DNA of 64,000 nucleotides from Pseudomonas sp. (lineage in GTDB: Bacteria > Pseudomonadota > Gammaproteobacteria > Pseudomonadales > Pseudomonadaceae), in the NCBI RefSeq assembly GCF_036387035.1, contig NZ_DASVUM010000268.1:6671-70670 (forward strand), given 5' to 3'. The position numbers and the translations under genes are program-made. Numbering within the stretch: the stretch's first letter is position 1; each line of letters opens with the position of its first letter. Below the pieces are notes generated by a model. It searched no databases and was not told where the DNA came from. It saw nothing but the letters and a program-made list of their open reading frames with translations. Shown here piece after piece: positions 50,767 through 59,811 of this stretch.

Positions 50767-51816
50767 ATGACCACGATTTTCGATCCGATCAAGATAGGCG
50801 ACCTGGAATTGGCCAACCGCATCGTCATGGCGCCGCTGACCCGTTGCCGCGCCGATGAAGGCCGCGTACCCAATGCGATGATGGCCGAGTATTACGTTCA
50901 GCGCGCTTCGGCCGGCCTGATCATCAGCGAAGCCACCTCCGTCATGCCTATGGGCGTTGGCTACCCGGACACCCCGGGCATCTGGTCCAATGACCAGGTT
51001 CGCGGCTGGGCCAACATCACCAAAGCCGTGCACGCTTCGGGCGGCAAGATCGTGCTGCAGCTATGGCACGTTGGTCGCGTTTCTCACCCGACCTACCTGA
51101 ACGGTGAAACGCCAGTGGCGCCAAGCGCGATTCAGCCAAAAGGCCACGTGAGCCTGGTGCGTCCGCTGTCTGACTTCGTCACCCCGCGCGCACTGGAACT
51201 GGCTGAAATCGAAGAAATCGTCGACGCCTACCGCGTCGGTGCCGAGAACGCCAAGGCCGCCGGCTTTGACGGTGTAGAGATCCACGGTGCCAACGGTTAC
51301 CTGCTCGACCAGTTCCTGCAAAGCAGCACCAACACCCGCACCGATGCGTACGGCGGCTCGCTGGAAAACCGCGCACGTCTGCTGCTGGAAGTGACCGACG
51401 CCGCCGTTGAAGTCTGGGGCGCTGGCCGCGTTGGCGTGCACTTGGCACCCCGCGCCGATGCTCACGACATGGGCGACGACAACCTCGCCGAGACCTTCAC
51501 CTACGTGGCCCGCGAACTGGGCAAACGCGGCATCGCGTTCATCTGCGCCCGCGAGCGCGAACTCGACGACAGCCTGGGCCCGCGCCTGAAAGAAGCTTTC
51601 GGCGGCGTGTTCATTGCCAACGAGAAATTCACCAAAGAAACCGCCAATGCCTGGCTGGCCAGCGGCAAGGCCGACGCCGTCGCCTTCGGCGTGCCCTTCA
51701 TCGCCAACCCTGACCTGCCCGCACGCCTGGCCAAGGACGCCCCGCTCAACGAACCGCATCCGGAAACGTTCTACGGCAAAGGCGCCGAAGGCTATCTGGA
51801 CTATCCGACGCTGTAA
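50767..51816 (+). CDS. xenB: Old Yellow Enzyme alkene reductase
   Basis: MAPLTRCRA, QLWHVGR, EIHGANGYLLDQF, IANPDL. Confidence 0.9.
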   Translation: MTTIFDPIKIGDLELANRIVMAPLTRCRADEGRVPNAMMAEYYVQRASAGLIISEATSVMPMGVGYPDTPGIWSNDQVRGWANITKAVHASGGKIVLQLWHVGRVSHPTYLNGETPVAPSAIQPKGHVSLVRPLSDFVTPRALELAEIEEIVDAYRVGAENAKAAGFDGVEIHGANGYLLDQFLQSSTNTRTDAYGGSLENRARLLLEVTDAAVEVWGAGRVGVHLAPRADAHDMGDDNLAETFTYVARELGKRGIAFICARERELDDSLGPRLKEAFGGVFIANEKFTKETANAWLASGKADAVAFGVPFIANPDLPARLAKDAPLNEPHPETFYGKGAEGYLDYPTL

Positions 51817-51823
51817 GCAGCAA

Positions 51824-51873
51824 GGACGCCGAGCGCCCCGGGCCGCGTTCCCACGCAGAGCGTGGGAACGATC
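51824..51873. repeat. Palindromic REP-like element (ACGCAGAGCGT type)
   Basis: CGTTCCCACGC-AGA-GCGTGGGAACG preceded by a degenerate GGACGCCGAGCGCCCC hairpin. Confidence 0.7.
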
Positions 51874-51887
51874 TGCAACGGTAGACC

Positions 51888-51932
51888 GGGACAGATTAAT
51901 TTACGAAGAAGCGCTGTAAATAAAGCAGTCCC
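51888..51932. repeat. Degenerate GGGACAGATT-type inverted repeat
   Basis: GGGACAGATTAATTTAC ... GTAAATAAAGCAGTCCC; 14 of 17 positions pair. Confidence 0.5.
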
Positions 51933-51968
51933 CTCTAGCCGCAAAAATGCCAGCGCCCACACCGGCCT

Positions 51969-52035
51969 CTTCCCGGCTAAAGCCGGTCCTACGAAAACAC
52001 CGTACGCACCCGTAGGACCGGCTTCAGCCGGGAAG
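51969..52035. repeat. GTAG-family REP doublet (REPIN)
   Basis: CTTCCCGGCTAAAGCCGGTCCTAC and GTAGGACCGGCTTCAGCCGGGAAG in inverted orientation with a 19-nt spacer. Confidence 0.85.
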
Positions 52036-52375
52036 CTTTTGATCTGCTTCGAAAGCGCTTTTGATCTTCCTACGCAGCAAGTCCAGACACCGCAAAACGC
52101 GACTTGGGTGCAGGCTGAACGCAGGTTTCGCGGAGTGGGCCGAGCCGCATGGATGCGGCGAGTGCGCCGTCAGGACAGGGATGTCCGTTCGGCGCGGGCC
52201 CACGGAGCGGGACCGGAGTGAAGGTACTCCGACGCAGGAGGAGCCAAACCAGGAGCACGGCCTTTTTGGTTACTTTTTTCTGGGCCGGCAATCCGGGCTG
52301 TTGGAAAAAGTGACCCGCCGTAAGGGCGGAACCATACTCGGCATCACCGCAAATAACGGATATATACCCCGTCAA
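52036..52375. repeat. ~340-bp structured intergenic repeat (R200-like)
   Basis: GCTTTTGATCT twice, GCCGCATGGATGCGGC, GGACAGGGATGTCC, TTTGGTTACTTTTT...AAAAAGTGAC, CCGCCGTAAGGGCGG. I recognise these as a pseudomonad repeat, but only one copy is in this window. Confidence 0.6.
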
Positions 52376-52389
52376 CCGGGAACGCCGTA

Positions 52390-53250
52390 TTACTGCCCCC
52401 GCGCATTAATCTGCTGCGACAACGTCTGAATCTGACTTTGCAACGTATTGATCGTCCGCGTCATCTGCCCGCGAAACGCATCAAACTCCGCCAGACTCGC
52501 CCCCGATGAAGAAGCACTGGCCGCCGGGCGATTTTCCAGCTCGCTCTTCACCACCACCATGTCCTGCTCAAGCTGCTCGATCGCCTGACTGCTGTTGGTC
52601 TTCTTGAGGCTCGCCACATCCGCCGTCAAACCCTTCAGCTGCGTCTCCACCCGCTCCTGCTCAGCCTGCGCCGACTTGCCATCTGGTAACGCCGCCTTCA
52701 ACGCCGCCAGCTCAGTCGCCACCGCCTTCAACTGATCCTGCAACTGCTGATTGACCGCCTGCTGCTGAGCACTCTGCGTGCTGATCTGCTCCAGCCGCTT
52801 GTCCAGCCCGCCCTGCAAACCGGCCACGCCCTGCTGCTGTCGGCTTTGATCCGCCAACTGATCCTGCAACTGCTGGATCTGCGCCTTCAGCGCCTCACCG
52901 CTGCTCGCCATCGACTCGGTCGCCACCACCTTGCCGGAAATATCCTGCAAGCGCCCCGCCGCCTCCTCGCTGATCCGCGCAAAACTTTCCTGGGTCGCAA
53001 CCAGTTGCTGCTCCATCAGCGACACCTGCTGGAAACTCCACCAGCCCAGGCCGCAAAAGGCGATGAACAGCACACCGATCAGTGCCCACAAGGCGCCGGT
53101 GCCGGGCGCTTTCACCTTCACCACCGGCGTGTCGCGCGAATACACCGTCGTGCGTTCGCGGGCGCCCGGCGGCGGCAGGAAGTCATCATCATCGTCTTTG
53201 GCGCTGAGGCTCGGGACGTCATCGACGTCGTCATACGGATCTTTGCGCAT
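52390..53250 (-). CDS. Bitopic membrane protein with a long coiled coil
   Basis: Acidic N-terminus, one TM, QQLVATQESFARISEEAAGRLQDISGK, Gln-rich heptads. Confidence 0.85.
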   Translation of the reverse strand: MRKDPYDDVDDVPSLSAKDDDDDFLPPPGARERTTVYSRDTPVVKVKAPGTGALWALIGVLFIAFCGLGWWSFQQVSLMEQQLVATQESFARISEEAAGRLQDISGKVVATESMASSGEALKAQIQQLQDQLADQSRQQQGVAGLQGGLDKRLEQISTQSAQQQAVNQQLQDQLKAVATELAALKAALPDGKSAQAEQERVETQLKGLTADVASLKKTNSSQAIEQLEQDMVVVKSELENRPAASASSSGASLAEFDAFRGQMTRTINTLQSQIQTLSQQINARGQ

Positions 53251-53317
53251 GCGTTTACCTTTGAAAAAACCGCTGAATCTGAATGGCTCGCAGTATAACC
53301 ACGGATGTTGACGCCTT

Positions 53318-54316
53318 TTACAACGCGCCGCCGTGCTGGGCCTTCCACCAGCCGCAGAACTCGTCGAGGGCCGCCCACACGCTCACGCCAGGCTGGTAAT
53401 CCAGATAATGCCTGGCGCGGCTGATATCAAGCGTGAAATCCCGGCTCATCACCTGCATCCCGATCCGGGACAGCGTCGGTTCAGGTTGCCCCGGCCAGAT
53501 CAGGCAAGCCGCCTCGTTCATGGCCGCCGCGCTGTAGGCCAAGCCATAGGAGCGGTAACGCCGCACCGGCGGCATCTCCATCTGACGCATGACGTAATTG
53601 ACCACGTCCCAGAGCGGGACCGGCGCACCGTTGCTGATGTTGTAGGCCTTGCCCAATGCCGAGCCCGCGGCCAGCAAACTGCTGAGCAGCGCCTCGTTGA
53701 GGTTTTGGATGCTGGTGAAATCGACCTTGTTCAAGCCGTTGCCGATGATCGACAGCCGCTTTTTGCGCTGCATCTGCAGCAGGCGCGGGAAAATGCTGGT
53801 ATCGCCTGCGCCCGTGACGAAGCGCGGGCGCAGGGCAATGACTTCCAGGCCGAACTCTTCGGCGCCGAACACCTTCTGTTCCGCCAGGTACTTGGTCGCG
53901 GCATAGTGATTGCCGAAACGCTTGGGCACCTGCTCCTCGCGGATGTCGAGGTGCGATTCGCCATCGAAGTAGATCGACGGCGACGACAGGTGCACCAGCC
54001 GCCGGACCCGTTGTTTCAGGCAGGCTTCAACCACGTTCTCGGTCACCTGAACGTTGCCCTGATGAAAGTCCTGACGGCGTCCCCAGGTGCCGACTGCACC
54101 TGCGCAATGGACCACGGCTTCCACGTCGTCACACAGCGCATGGACAAGCTCCGGATCGCAGAGATCGCCCTGGATGAACTCGGCACCGCGCCGCACCAGA
54201 TGCTCGACACCTTCAGCACGACGGCCGCTGACCCGGACGCTCAGGCCTTGCTCCAGCGCGAAACGCGCGAAGCGTCCGCCGATGAAGCCGCCTGCGCCGG
54301 TGACCATAATTTTCAT
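53318..54316 (-). CDS. NAD-dependent epimerase/dehydratase (3-beta-HSD-like SDR)
   Basis: TGAGGFIG, HCAG, YAATK (YxxxK). Confidence 0.92.
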   Translation of the reverse strand: MKIMVTGAGGFIGGRFARFALEQGLSVRVSGRRAEGVEHLVRRGAEFIQGDLCDPELVHALCDDVEAVVHCAGAVGTWGRRQDFHQGNVQVTENVVEACLKQRVRRLVHLSSPSIYFDGESHLDIREEQVPKRFGNHYAATKYLAEQKVFGAEEFGLEVIALRPRFVTGAGDTSIFPRLLQMQRKKRLSIIGNGLNKVDFTSIQNLNEALLSSLLAAGSALGKAYNISNGAPVPLWDVVNYVMRQMEMPPVRRYRSYGLAYSAAAMNEAACLIWPGQPEPTLSRIGMQVMSRDFTLDISRARHYLDYQPGVSVWAALDEFCGWWKAQHGGAL

Positions 54317-54405
54317 TGCCTGCTCCGTTTAATCTGCTTTTGCCTGCTATCGCTGCTGCTGTTTTGCGAGCGATCCTGCCTATCGGCTGCGTCGTCTATT
54401 GACGT

Positions 54406-55305
54406 TCAACTGGCGTGCAACGGCACCAGCCATTGTCCCGCTTTTTTCGCCAGATGATCCGTCAGCTCCGTCAGCAACCGGCCGCCGTTGCGCCAATGAT
54501 GCCAGTACAAGGGCACATCAATGCAGTGATCGGCCAGCAACTCGACCAACTGACCGCTCGCCAACTGCGCGCGAACCTGCAACTCGGGCACAAGGCCCCA
54601 GCCCATTCCGGCTTCGACCATGCGCGTGAAACCCTCGGACGAGGGACACAAATGATGCTCGAAACCGCCTTCGACCCCCAACGAGGCGAGGTAACGATGC
54701 TGCAAAAAATCATCCGGACCGAAGACGAGTGCGGGTGAACGGGCCACCGTCTGAGGCGTTACCCCGTTCGGAAAATGCCGTTCGATAAACGCCGGGCTCG
54801 CCAACGCCCGGTAACGCATGGCGCCGAGGGACACACTTCGTGCCCCTGCCACGGGCCGTTCGCTGCCGCACAGGCATGCTGCCACTTCGCCGGCGCGCAT
54901 GCGTTTGAGGCCGACGTCCTGATCTTCGACCACCAGGTCGGTGAGCAAACGATGCCCGGCACAAAAGTCCCCGACGGCAAGCGCCCACCATGTCGCCAGG
55001 CTGTCGGCGTTCAGCGCGATGCGCAAACGTTCAGGCATGCCGCCGTCGTCCAGGGCCGGCACCACGCTTTGCAGGTCCCGCTCCAGCAAGCGCACCTGCT
55101 GAACATGGTTGAGCAGGCGCCGGCCGATTTCGGTCGGGGTCGGTGGTGTCGCCCTGACCAGCACCGGCTGACCGACCCGTGCTTCCAGCAGCTTGATGCG
55201 CTGGGACACCGCCGACTGCGAAAGGCCGAGCACCTGAGCGGCGCGCTCAAAGCCGGCTTGCTCGATCACTGCCGCCAGCGCGGAAAGCAACTTGTAGTCG
55301 AACAT
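54406..55305 (-). CDS. argP: LysR regulator ArgP/IciA
   Basis: SQSAVSQRIK, ALNADSLATW, PLYWHHW; divergent from lysE. Confidence 0.93.
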   Translation of the reverse strand: MFDYKLLSALAAVIEQAGFERAAQVLGLSQSAVSQRIKLLEARVGQPVLVRATPPTPTEIGRRLLNHVQQVRLLERDLQSVVPALDDGGMPERLRIALNADSLATWWALAVGDFCAGHRLLTDLVVEDQDVGLKRMRAGEVAACLCGSERPVAGARSVSLGAMRYRALASPAFIERHFPNGVTPQTVARSPALVFGPDDFLQHRYLASLGVEGGFEHHLCPSSEGFTRMVEAGMGWGLVPELQVRAQLASGQLVELLADHCIDVPLYWHHWRNGGRLLTELTDHLAKKAGQWLVPLHAS

Positions 55306-55396
55306 CAGTTTCTCTAATGACTAATGAGCTTTATTGGTTTTTCTTATACCCGCTCTCGCCCGACAATCGCCACCCATGATTAACGGAGCGCGCTCG

Positions 55397-55810
55397 ATGA
55401 CTGACGAAATAACCCTTGGTGAAACCTCCCTCAGCGCCTTGCTGCGCAGCATGAGCCCTGAGCTGAACGACGGTGATTACGTGTTCTGCACTGTCGCCGA
55501 CCGCCAGCGCCTGGAAGGCGTCGACGTGATTGGGAGCTTCCGCGAGCGCGAGGGCCTGACCGTTATCCTCGAACGCCAGCAGGCGCAGCAACTGGGCCTG
55601 GACGGCGATTACGTCATGGCCTGGATCACGCTGACCGTCCACTCCTCGCTGGCGGCGGTCGGGCTGACGGCGGCGTTCGCCACCGCACTGGGCGCGGCGG
55701 GGATCAGTTGCAACGTGGTCGCCGGCTTCTATCACGACCACCTTTTCGTAGGCAAAGACGATGCACTGAAAGCCATGGCGACCCTGCGCGCGTTGAGCAC
55801 AAACGCCTGA
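55397..55810 (+). CDS. ACT-domain protein (DUF2241-like)
   Basis: GETSLSALLRSMSP, EREGLT, VHSSLAAVGLTA, YHDHLFV. Confidence 0.88.
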   Translation: MTDEITLGETSLSALLRSMSPELNDGDYVFCTVADRQRLEGVDVIGSFREREGLTVILERQQAQQLGLDGDYVMAWITLTVHSSLAAVGLTAAFATALGAAGISCNVVAGFYHDHLFVGKDDALKAMATLRALSTNA

Positions 55811-55845
55811 GCCGGCAATCCTTCAACTGATCGAGATTCGACATC

Positions 55846-56448
55846 ATGTGGCAAAGCTACCTCAACGGCCTGCTGGTTTCCCTGGGCCTGATCATGGCCA
55901 TCGGCACCCAGAATGCCTATGTGCTGGCGCAGAGCCTGCGTCGCGAACACCACCTGTCAGTGGCCCTGCTGTGCATCGTCTGCGACGCCCTATTGGTGAC
56001 CGCGGGCGTGTTCGGGCTGGCCAATGTGCTCGCCCAAAACCCGACGCTCCTGGCCGTGGCGCGCTGGGGCGGCGTGGTGTTTCTGTTGTGGTACGGGACC
56101 ATGGCACTGCGCCGCGCGCTGTCGCCCCAAAGCCTCGCGCAGGGCGATGCCGACGGCCAGCGGTCACGCCGCGCGGTACTGCTGACCGCTCTGGCGGTGA
56201 CCTTGCTGAATCCGCATGTTTATCTCGATACCGTGCTGCTGATCGGCTCGCTCGGCGCCCAGCAGGCGGTGCCCGGCGCTTATGTGGCCGGAGCGGCGAG
56301 CGCGTCGGTGTTGTGGTTCTCGACTCTGGCCATCGGCGCCGCCTGGCTGGCGCCATGGCTCGCACGTCCGGCAACCTGGCGGCTGCTGGATCTGATGGTC
56401 GCTGTGATGATGTTCAGCGTCGCCGTGCAGTTGATCAGAACGGCGTGA
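55846..56448 (+). CDS. lysE: LysE/ArgO amino-acid exporter
   Basis: [21 protein letters not shown]. Confidence 0.9.
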   Translation: MWQSYLNGLLVSLGLIMAIGTQNAYVLAQSLRREHHLSVALLCIVCDALLVTAGVFGLANVLAQNPTLLAVARWGGVVFLLWYGTMALRRALSPQSLAQGDADGQRSRRAVLLTALAVTLLNPHVYLDTVLLIGSLGAQQAVPGAYVAGAASASVLWFSTLAIGAAWLAPWLARPATWRLLDLMVAVMMFSVAVQLIRTA

Positions 56449-56631
56449 GGAGCCGTCTCGCGGGGACCGATTTCAGCGCAACGCTCTGGAACCTCTATTC
56501 CACACTGTTGTTGCGTGGTTAAGGTCAGGGGCCGGTGCTATGATCCAGCCCCTGCGCCGCAAAGAGTACAAACTCGCCGGCGTAAGTTCTGTCTGGCCGC
56601 CCGTGATCGGCCTTGCGCAAACCGCAACTGA

Positions 56632-56644
56632 CCTGATTAGGAGA
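56632..56644 (+). promoter_or_regulatory. Putative PrrF pairing site over the sodB RBS
   Basis: CCTGATTAGGAGA is near-complementary to the PrrF core; sodB is an established PrrF target. Confidence 0.6.
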
Positions 56645-56650
56645 ATTACC

Positions 56651-57247
56651 ATGGCTTTTGAATTGCCTCCGCTGCCGTACGCACATGATGCCCTGGCACC
56701 GCACATCTCCAAGGAAACTCTGGAATACCACCACGACAAGCACCACAACACCTACGTCGTGAACCTGAACAACCTGGTGCCAGGCACCGAGTTTGAAGGC
56801 AAGACTCTGGAAGAAATCGTCAAGACCTCTTCGGGCGGTATCTTCAACAACGCCGCTCAGGTCTGGAACCACACGTTCTACTGGAACTGCCTGGCGCCAA
56901 ACGCCGGCGGCCAACCGACTGGCGCTCTGGCTGACGCCATCAACACTGCTTTCGGCTCCTTCGACAAGTTCAAGGAAGAATTCAGCAAGACGTCCATCGG
57001 CACCTTCGGCTCCGGCTGGGGCTGGCTGGTGAAGAAAGCCGACGGCTCCCTGGCACTGGCCAGCACCATCGGCGCAGGCAACCCGATCACCAGCGGCGAC
57101 ACCCCGCTGCTGACCTGCGACGTCTGGGAGCACGCTTACTACATCGACTACCGTAACCTGCGTCCAAAGTACGTCGAGGCGTTCTGGAACCTGGTCAACT
57201 GGAAGTTCGTTGCAGAGCAGTTCGAAGGCAAAAGCTTCACCGCCTGA
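56651..57247 (+). CDS. sodB: Fe superoxide dismutase
   Basis: [15 protein letters not shown] (Fe type), DVWEHAYY. Confidence 0.97.
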   Translation: MAFELPPLPYAHDALAPHISKETLEYHHDKHHNTYVVNLNNLVPGTEFEGKTLEEIVKTSSGGIFNNAAQVWNHTFYWNCLAPNAGGQPTGALADAINTAFGSFDKFKEEFSKTSIGTFGSGWGWLVKKADGSLALASTIGAGNPITSGDTPLLTCDVWEHAYYIDYRNLRPKYVEAFWNLVNWKFVAEQFEGKSFTA

Positions 57248-57260
57248 TGAGCGCTTGAAT

Positions 57261-57288
57261 AAAAACCCGGCACGTCCGGGTTTTTTTT
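57261..57288 (+). terminator. Intrinsic terminator after sodB
   Basis: AAAAACCCGG-CACGT-CCGGGTTTTTTTT. Confidence 0.9.
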
Positions 57289-57546
57289 CGCCTTCTGTTT
57301 GTCGTTTATGTATTGTCTGGAAGCGGTAGCGGACTAATATCGGATTTCGTGCTGATTCAACCGGCTGGGCTCAAGTTTCCTCAGGCACAACCGACACAGT
57401 ACCGATGGCCTGAGTGGTCTGCCTATCAACTGATTTGCCCGATCGATGGGGGGTCATTCGCACCCCGCAAGCGTGATCCGAATGCCTGCATTGCCAGTGC
57501 CTGCACGCAGTCAGCCCGCTATCAGCATGGATGAAGGAATGGCCAT

Positions 57547-59598
57547 TTGAAGCTGGAACTCAAACACAGCTTGTCGGTGAAGCTGCTTCGCGTTGTGCTG
57601 CTTTCAGCGCTGATCGTGGGGGTCGTGCTCAGTTGCGCACAGATCGTCTACGACGCGTACAAGATCCGCCAGGCCGTCGCCACGGACGCAGCACGCATCC
57701 TCGACATGTTCCGCGACCCGTCGACCCAGGCCGTCTATAGCCTGGACCGGGAGATGGGCATGCAGGTCATCGAAGGCCTGTTTCAGGACAAAGCCGTGCG
57801 AATGGCGTCCATTGGCCATCCGAACGAAACCCTGCTGGCCGAAAAATCGCGCGACCTGGAAGCCACCCCCACCCGCTGGCTAACCGATCCGATCCTCGGC
57901 CAGGAACGCAGCTTCACCACGCAGCTGGTGGGTCGCAGCCCGTACAGCGAGTATTACGGCGACCTGCGCATCACCCTGGACACCGCCACCTACGGCGAAA
58001 CCTTCCTGACCAACTCCATGATCATTTTCATCTCCGGCGTATTGCGTGCGCTGGCGATGGGGTTGGTGCTCTACCTGGTGTACCACTGGCTGCTCACCAA
58101 ACCGCTGTCCCGAATCATCGAGCACCTGACCAGCATCAACCCCGACCGTCCCAGCGAGCACCAATTGCCCTTGCTCAAAGGCCACGAAAAAAACGAGCTG
58201 GGGATCTGGGTCAACACCGCCAACCAACTGCTGGCGTCCATCGAGCGCAATACCACCCTGCGCCACGAGGCCGAATCCAGCTTGCTGCGAATGGCGCAGT
58301 ACGACTTCCTCACCGGCCTGCCCAATCGGCTGCAATTGCAGAAGCAACTGGACAAAATCCTAGTGGACTCGGGGAAAGTGCAGCATCGCGTCGCGGTGTT
58401 GTGCGTGGGTCTGGATGATTTCAAAGGCATCAACGAACAATTCAGTTATCAGGCCGGCGATCAGTTGCTGCTGGCGCTCGCCGACCGGCTGCGCAGCCAC
58501 AGCGGACGCCTCGGCGCCCTTGCCCGCCTGGGCGGCGATCAGTTCGCGCTGGTCCAGGCCGATATCGAACAGCCGTACGAAGCGGCCGAGCTGGCGCAGA
58601 ATATTCTCGACGACCTGGAAGCGCCGTTCGCTGTCGATCAGCAAGAGATCCGTCTGCGGGCCACCATTGGTATTACGCTGTTCCCCGAAGACGGCGACAG
58701 CACCGAGAAGCTGCTGCAGAAAGCCGAACAGACCATGACGCTGGCCAAGAGCCGCTCGCGCAATCGCTACCAGTTCTATATCGCCAGCGTCGACAGCGAG
58801 ATGCGCCGGCGTCGTGAACTGGAAAAAGACTTGCGCGAAGCGTTGGCCCGGGAGCAGTTTCATCTGGTCTATCAGCCACAGATCAGTTATCGCGACCACG
58901 GTGTGGTTGGTGTCGAGGCGCTGATCCGCTGGATTCACCCGGAGCACGGCTTCGTCCCGCCCGATCAGTTCATCCCGCTGGCCGAGCAGAACGGCACCAT
59001 CATCGCCATCGGCGAGTGGGTGCTGGATCAGGCCTGCAAACAGTTGCGCGAATGGCACGATCAGGGTTTCAGCGACCTGCGCATGGCGGTCAATCTCTCC
59101 ACCGTGCAGTTGCACCACGCCGAACTGCCGCGGGTGGTGAACAACCTGCTGCAGATCTACCGCCTGCCGCCTCGCAGCCTGGAGCTGGAAGTCACTGAAA
59201 CCGGCCTGATGGAAGACATCACCACCGCTGCGCAGCATTTGCTGAGCCTGCGCCGCTCCGGCGCCCTGATCGCCATTGATGACTTCGGGACCGGTTACTC
59301 CTCGCTGAGCTACCTGAAAAGCCTGCCGCTGGACAAGATCAAGATCGACAAAAGCTTCGTGCAGGACCTCCTCGACGACGACGATGACGCGACCATCGTG
59401 CGCGCCATCATCCAGCTGGGCAAAAGCCTCGGCATGCAGGTGATCGCCGAGGGCGTGGAGACTGCCGAGCAAGAGGCGTACATCATTACCGAGGGCTGCC
59501 ACGAAGGTCAGGGCTATTTCTATAGCAAGCCGCTGCCGGCGCGCGAGCTACTGGTTTACCTGAAACAGGCGCAACGCACCCACAGCGAGGCGCTGTAG
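57547..59598 (+). CDS. bifA: Membrane c-di-GMP phosphodiesterase (GGDQF-EAL)
   Basis: TTG start, two TM, degenerate GGDQF, EALIRW, DDFGTGYSSL; adjacent to sodB. Confidence 0.9.
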   Translation: MKLELKHSLSVKLLRVVLLSALIVGVVLSCAQIVYDAYKIRQAVATDAARILDMFRDPSTQAVYSLDREMGMQVIEGLFQDKAVRMASIGHPNETLLAEKSRDLEATPTRWLTDPILGQERSFTTQLVGRSPYSEYYGDLRITLDTATYGETFLTNSMIIFISGVLRALAMGLVLYLVYHWLLTKPLSRIIEHLTSINPDRPSEHQLPLLKGHEKNELGIWVNTANQLLASIERNTTLRHEAESSLLRMAQYDFLTGLPNRLQLQKQLDKILVDSGKVQHRVAVLCVGLDDFKGINEQFSYQAGDQLLLALADRLRSHSGRLGALARLGGDQFALVQADIEQPYEAAELAQNILDDLEAPFAVDQQEIRLRATIGITLFPEDGDSTEKLLQKAEQTMTLAKSRSRNRYQFYIASVDSEMRRRRELEKDLREALAREQFHLVYQPQISYRDHGVVGVEALIRWIHPEHGFVPPDQFIPLAEQNGTIIAIGEWVLDQACKQLREWHDQGFSDLRMAVNLSTVQLHHAELPRVVNNLLQIYRLPPRSLELEVTETGLMEDITTAAQHLLSLRRSGALIAIDDFGTGYSSLSYLKSLPLDKIKIDKSFVQDLLDDDDDATIVRAIIQLGKSLGMQVIAEGVETAEQEAYIITEGCHEGQGYFYSKPLPARELLVYLKQAQRTHSEAL

Positions 59599-59728
59599 CA
59601 ACGCTGCCTTCCGAGACGAAGGCAGACGTTGCGCATTTCCCTGGCCCATCCTCAAGCCACCACTCGAAACATCCCCTGAAACAGCTTGAAATATCTCGCC
59701 CCCAATGCCTGGGCAAATGGCCTTTACA

Positions 59729-59750
59729 CAGAATGCAAATCTTTCGCATT
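59729..59750. promoter_or_regulatory. Fur-box-like element upstream of icmP
   Basis: AATGC-AAATCTTTC-GCATT dyad; 12 of 19 positions match GATAATGATAATCATTATC. Confidence 0.6.
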
Positions 59751-59811
59751 ATGTCGCAGCTTTTTTGGCGCTCGCCACCGTTCACACCTCTTCTCGATGC
59801 AGGATTCCGTC

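Noticed and set aside
51817-52389. Possible CRISPR array
   Set aside because: No series of identical direct repeats with unique spacers and no cas genes.
51862-52429. ORFs of 101-122 aa within the repeat region
   Set aside because: They are translations of REP and R200-like palindromic DNA, with no RBS or protein-like features.
57313-57534. 73-aa ORF between sodB and bifA
   Set aside because: TTG start with no RBS and atypical composition; probably the bifA promoter region.
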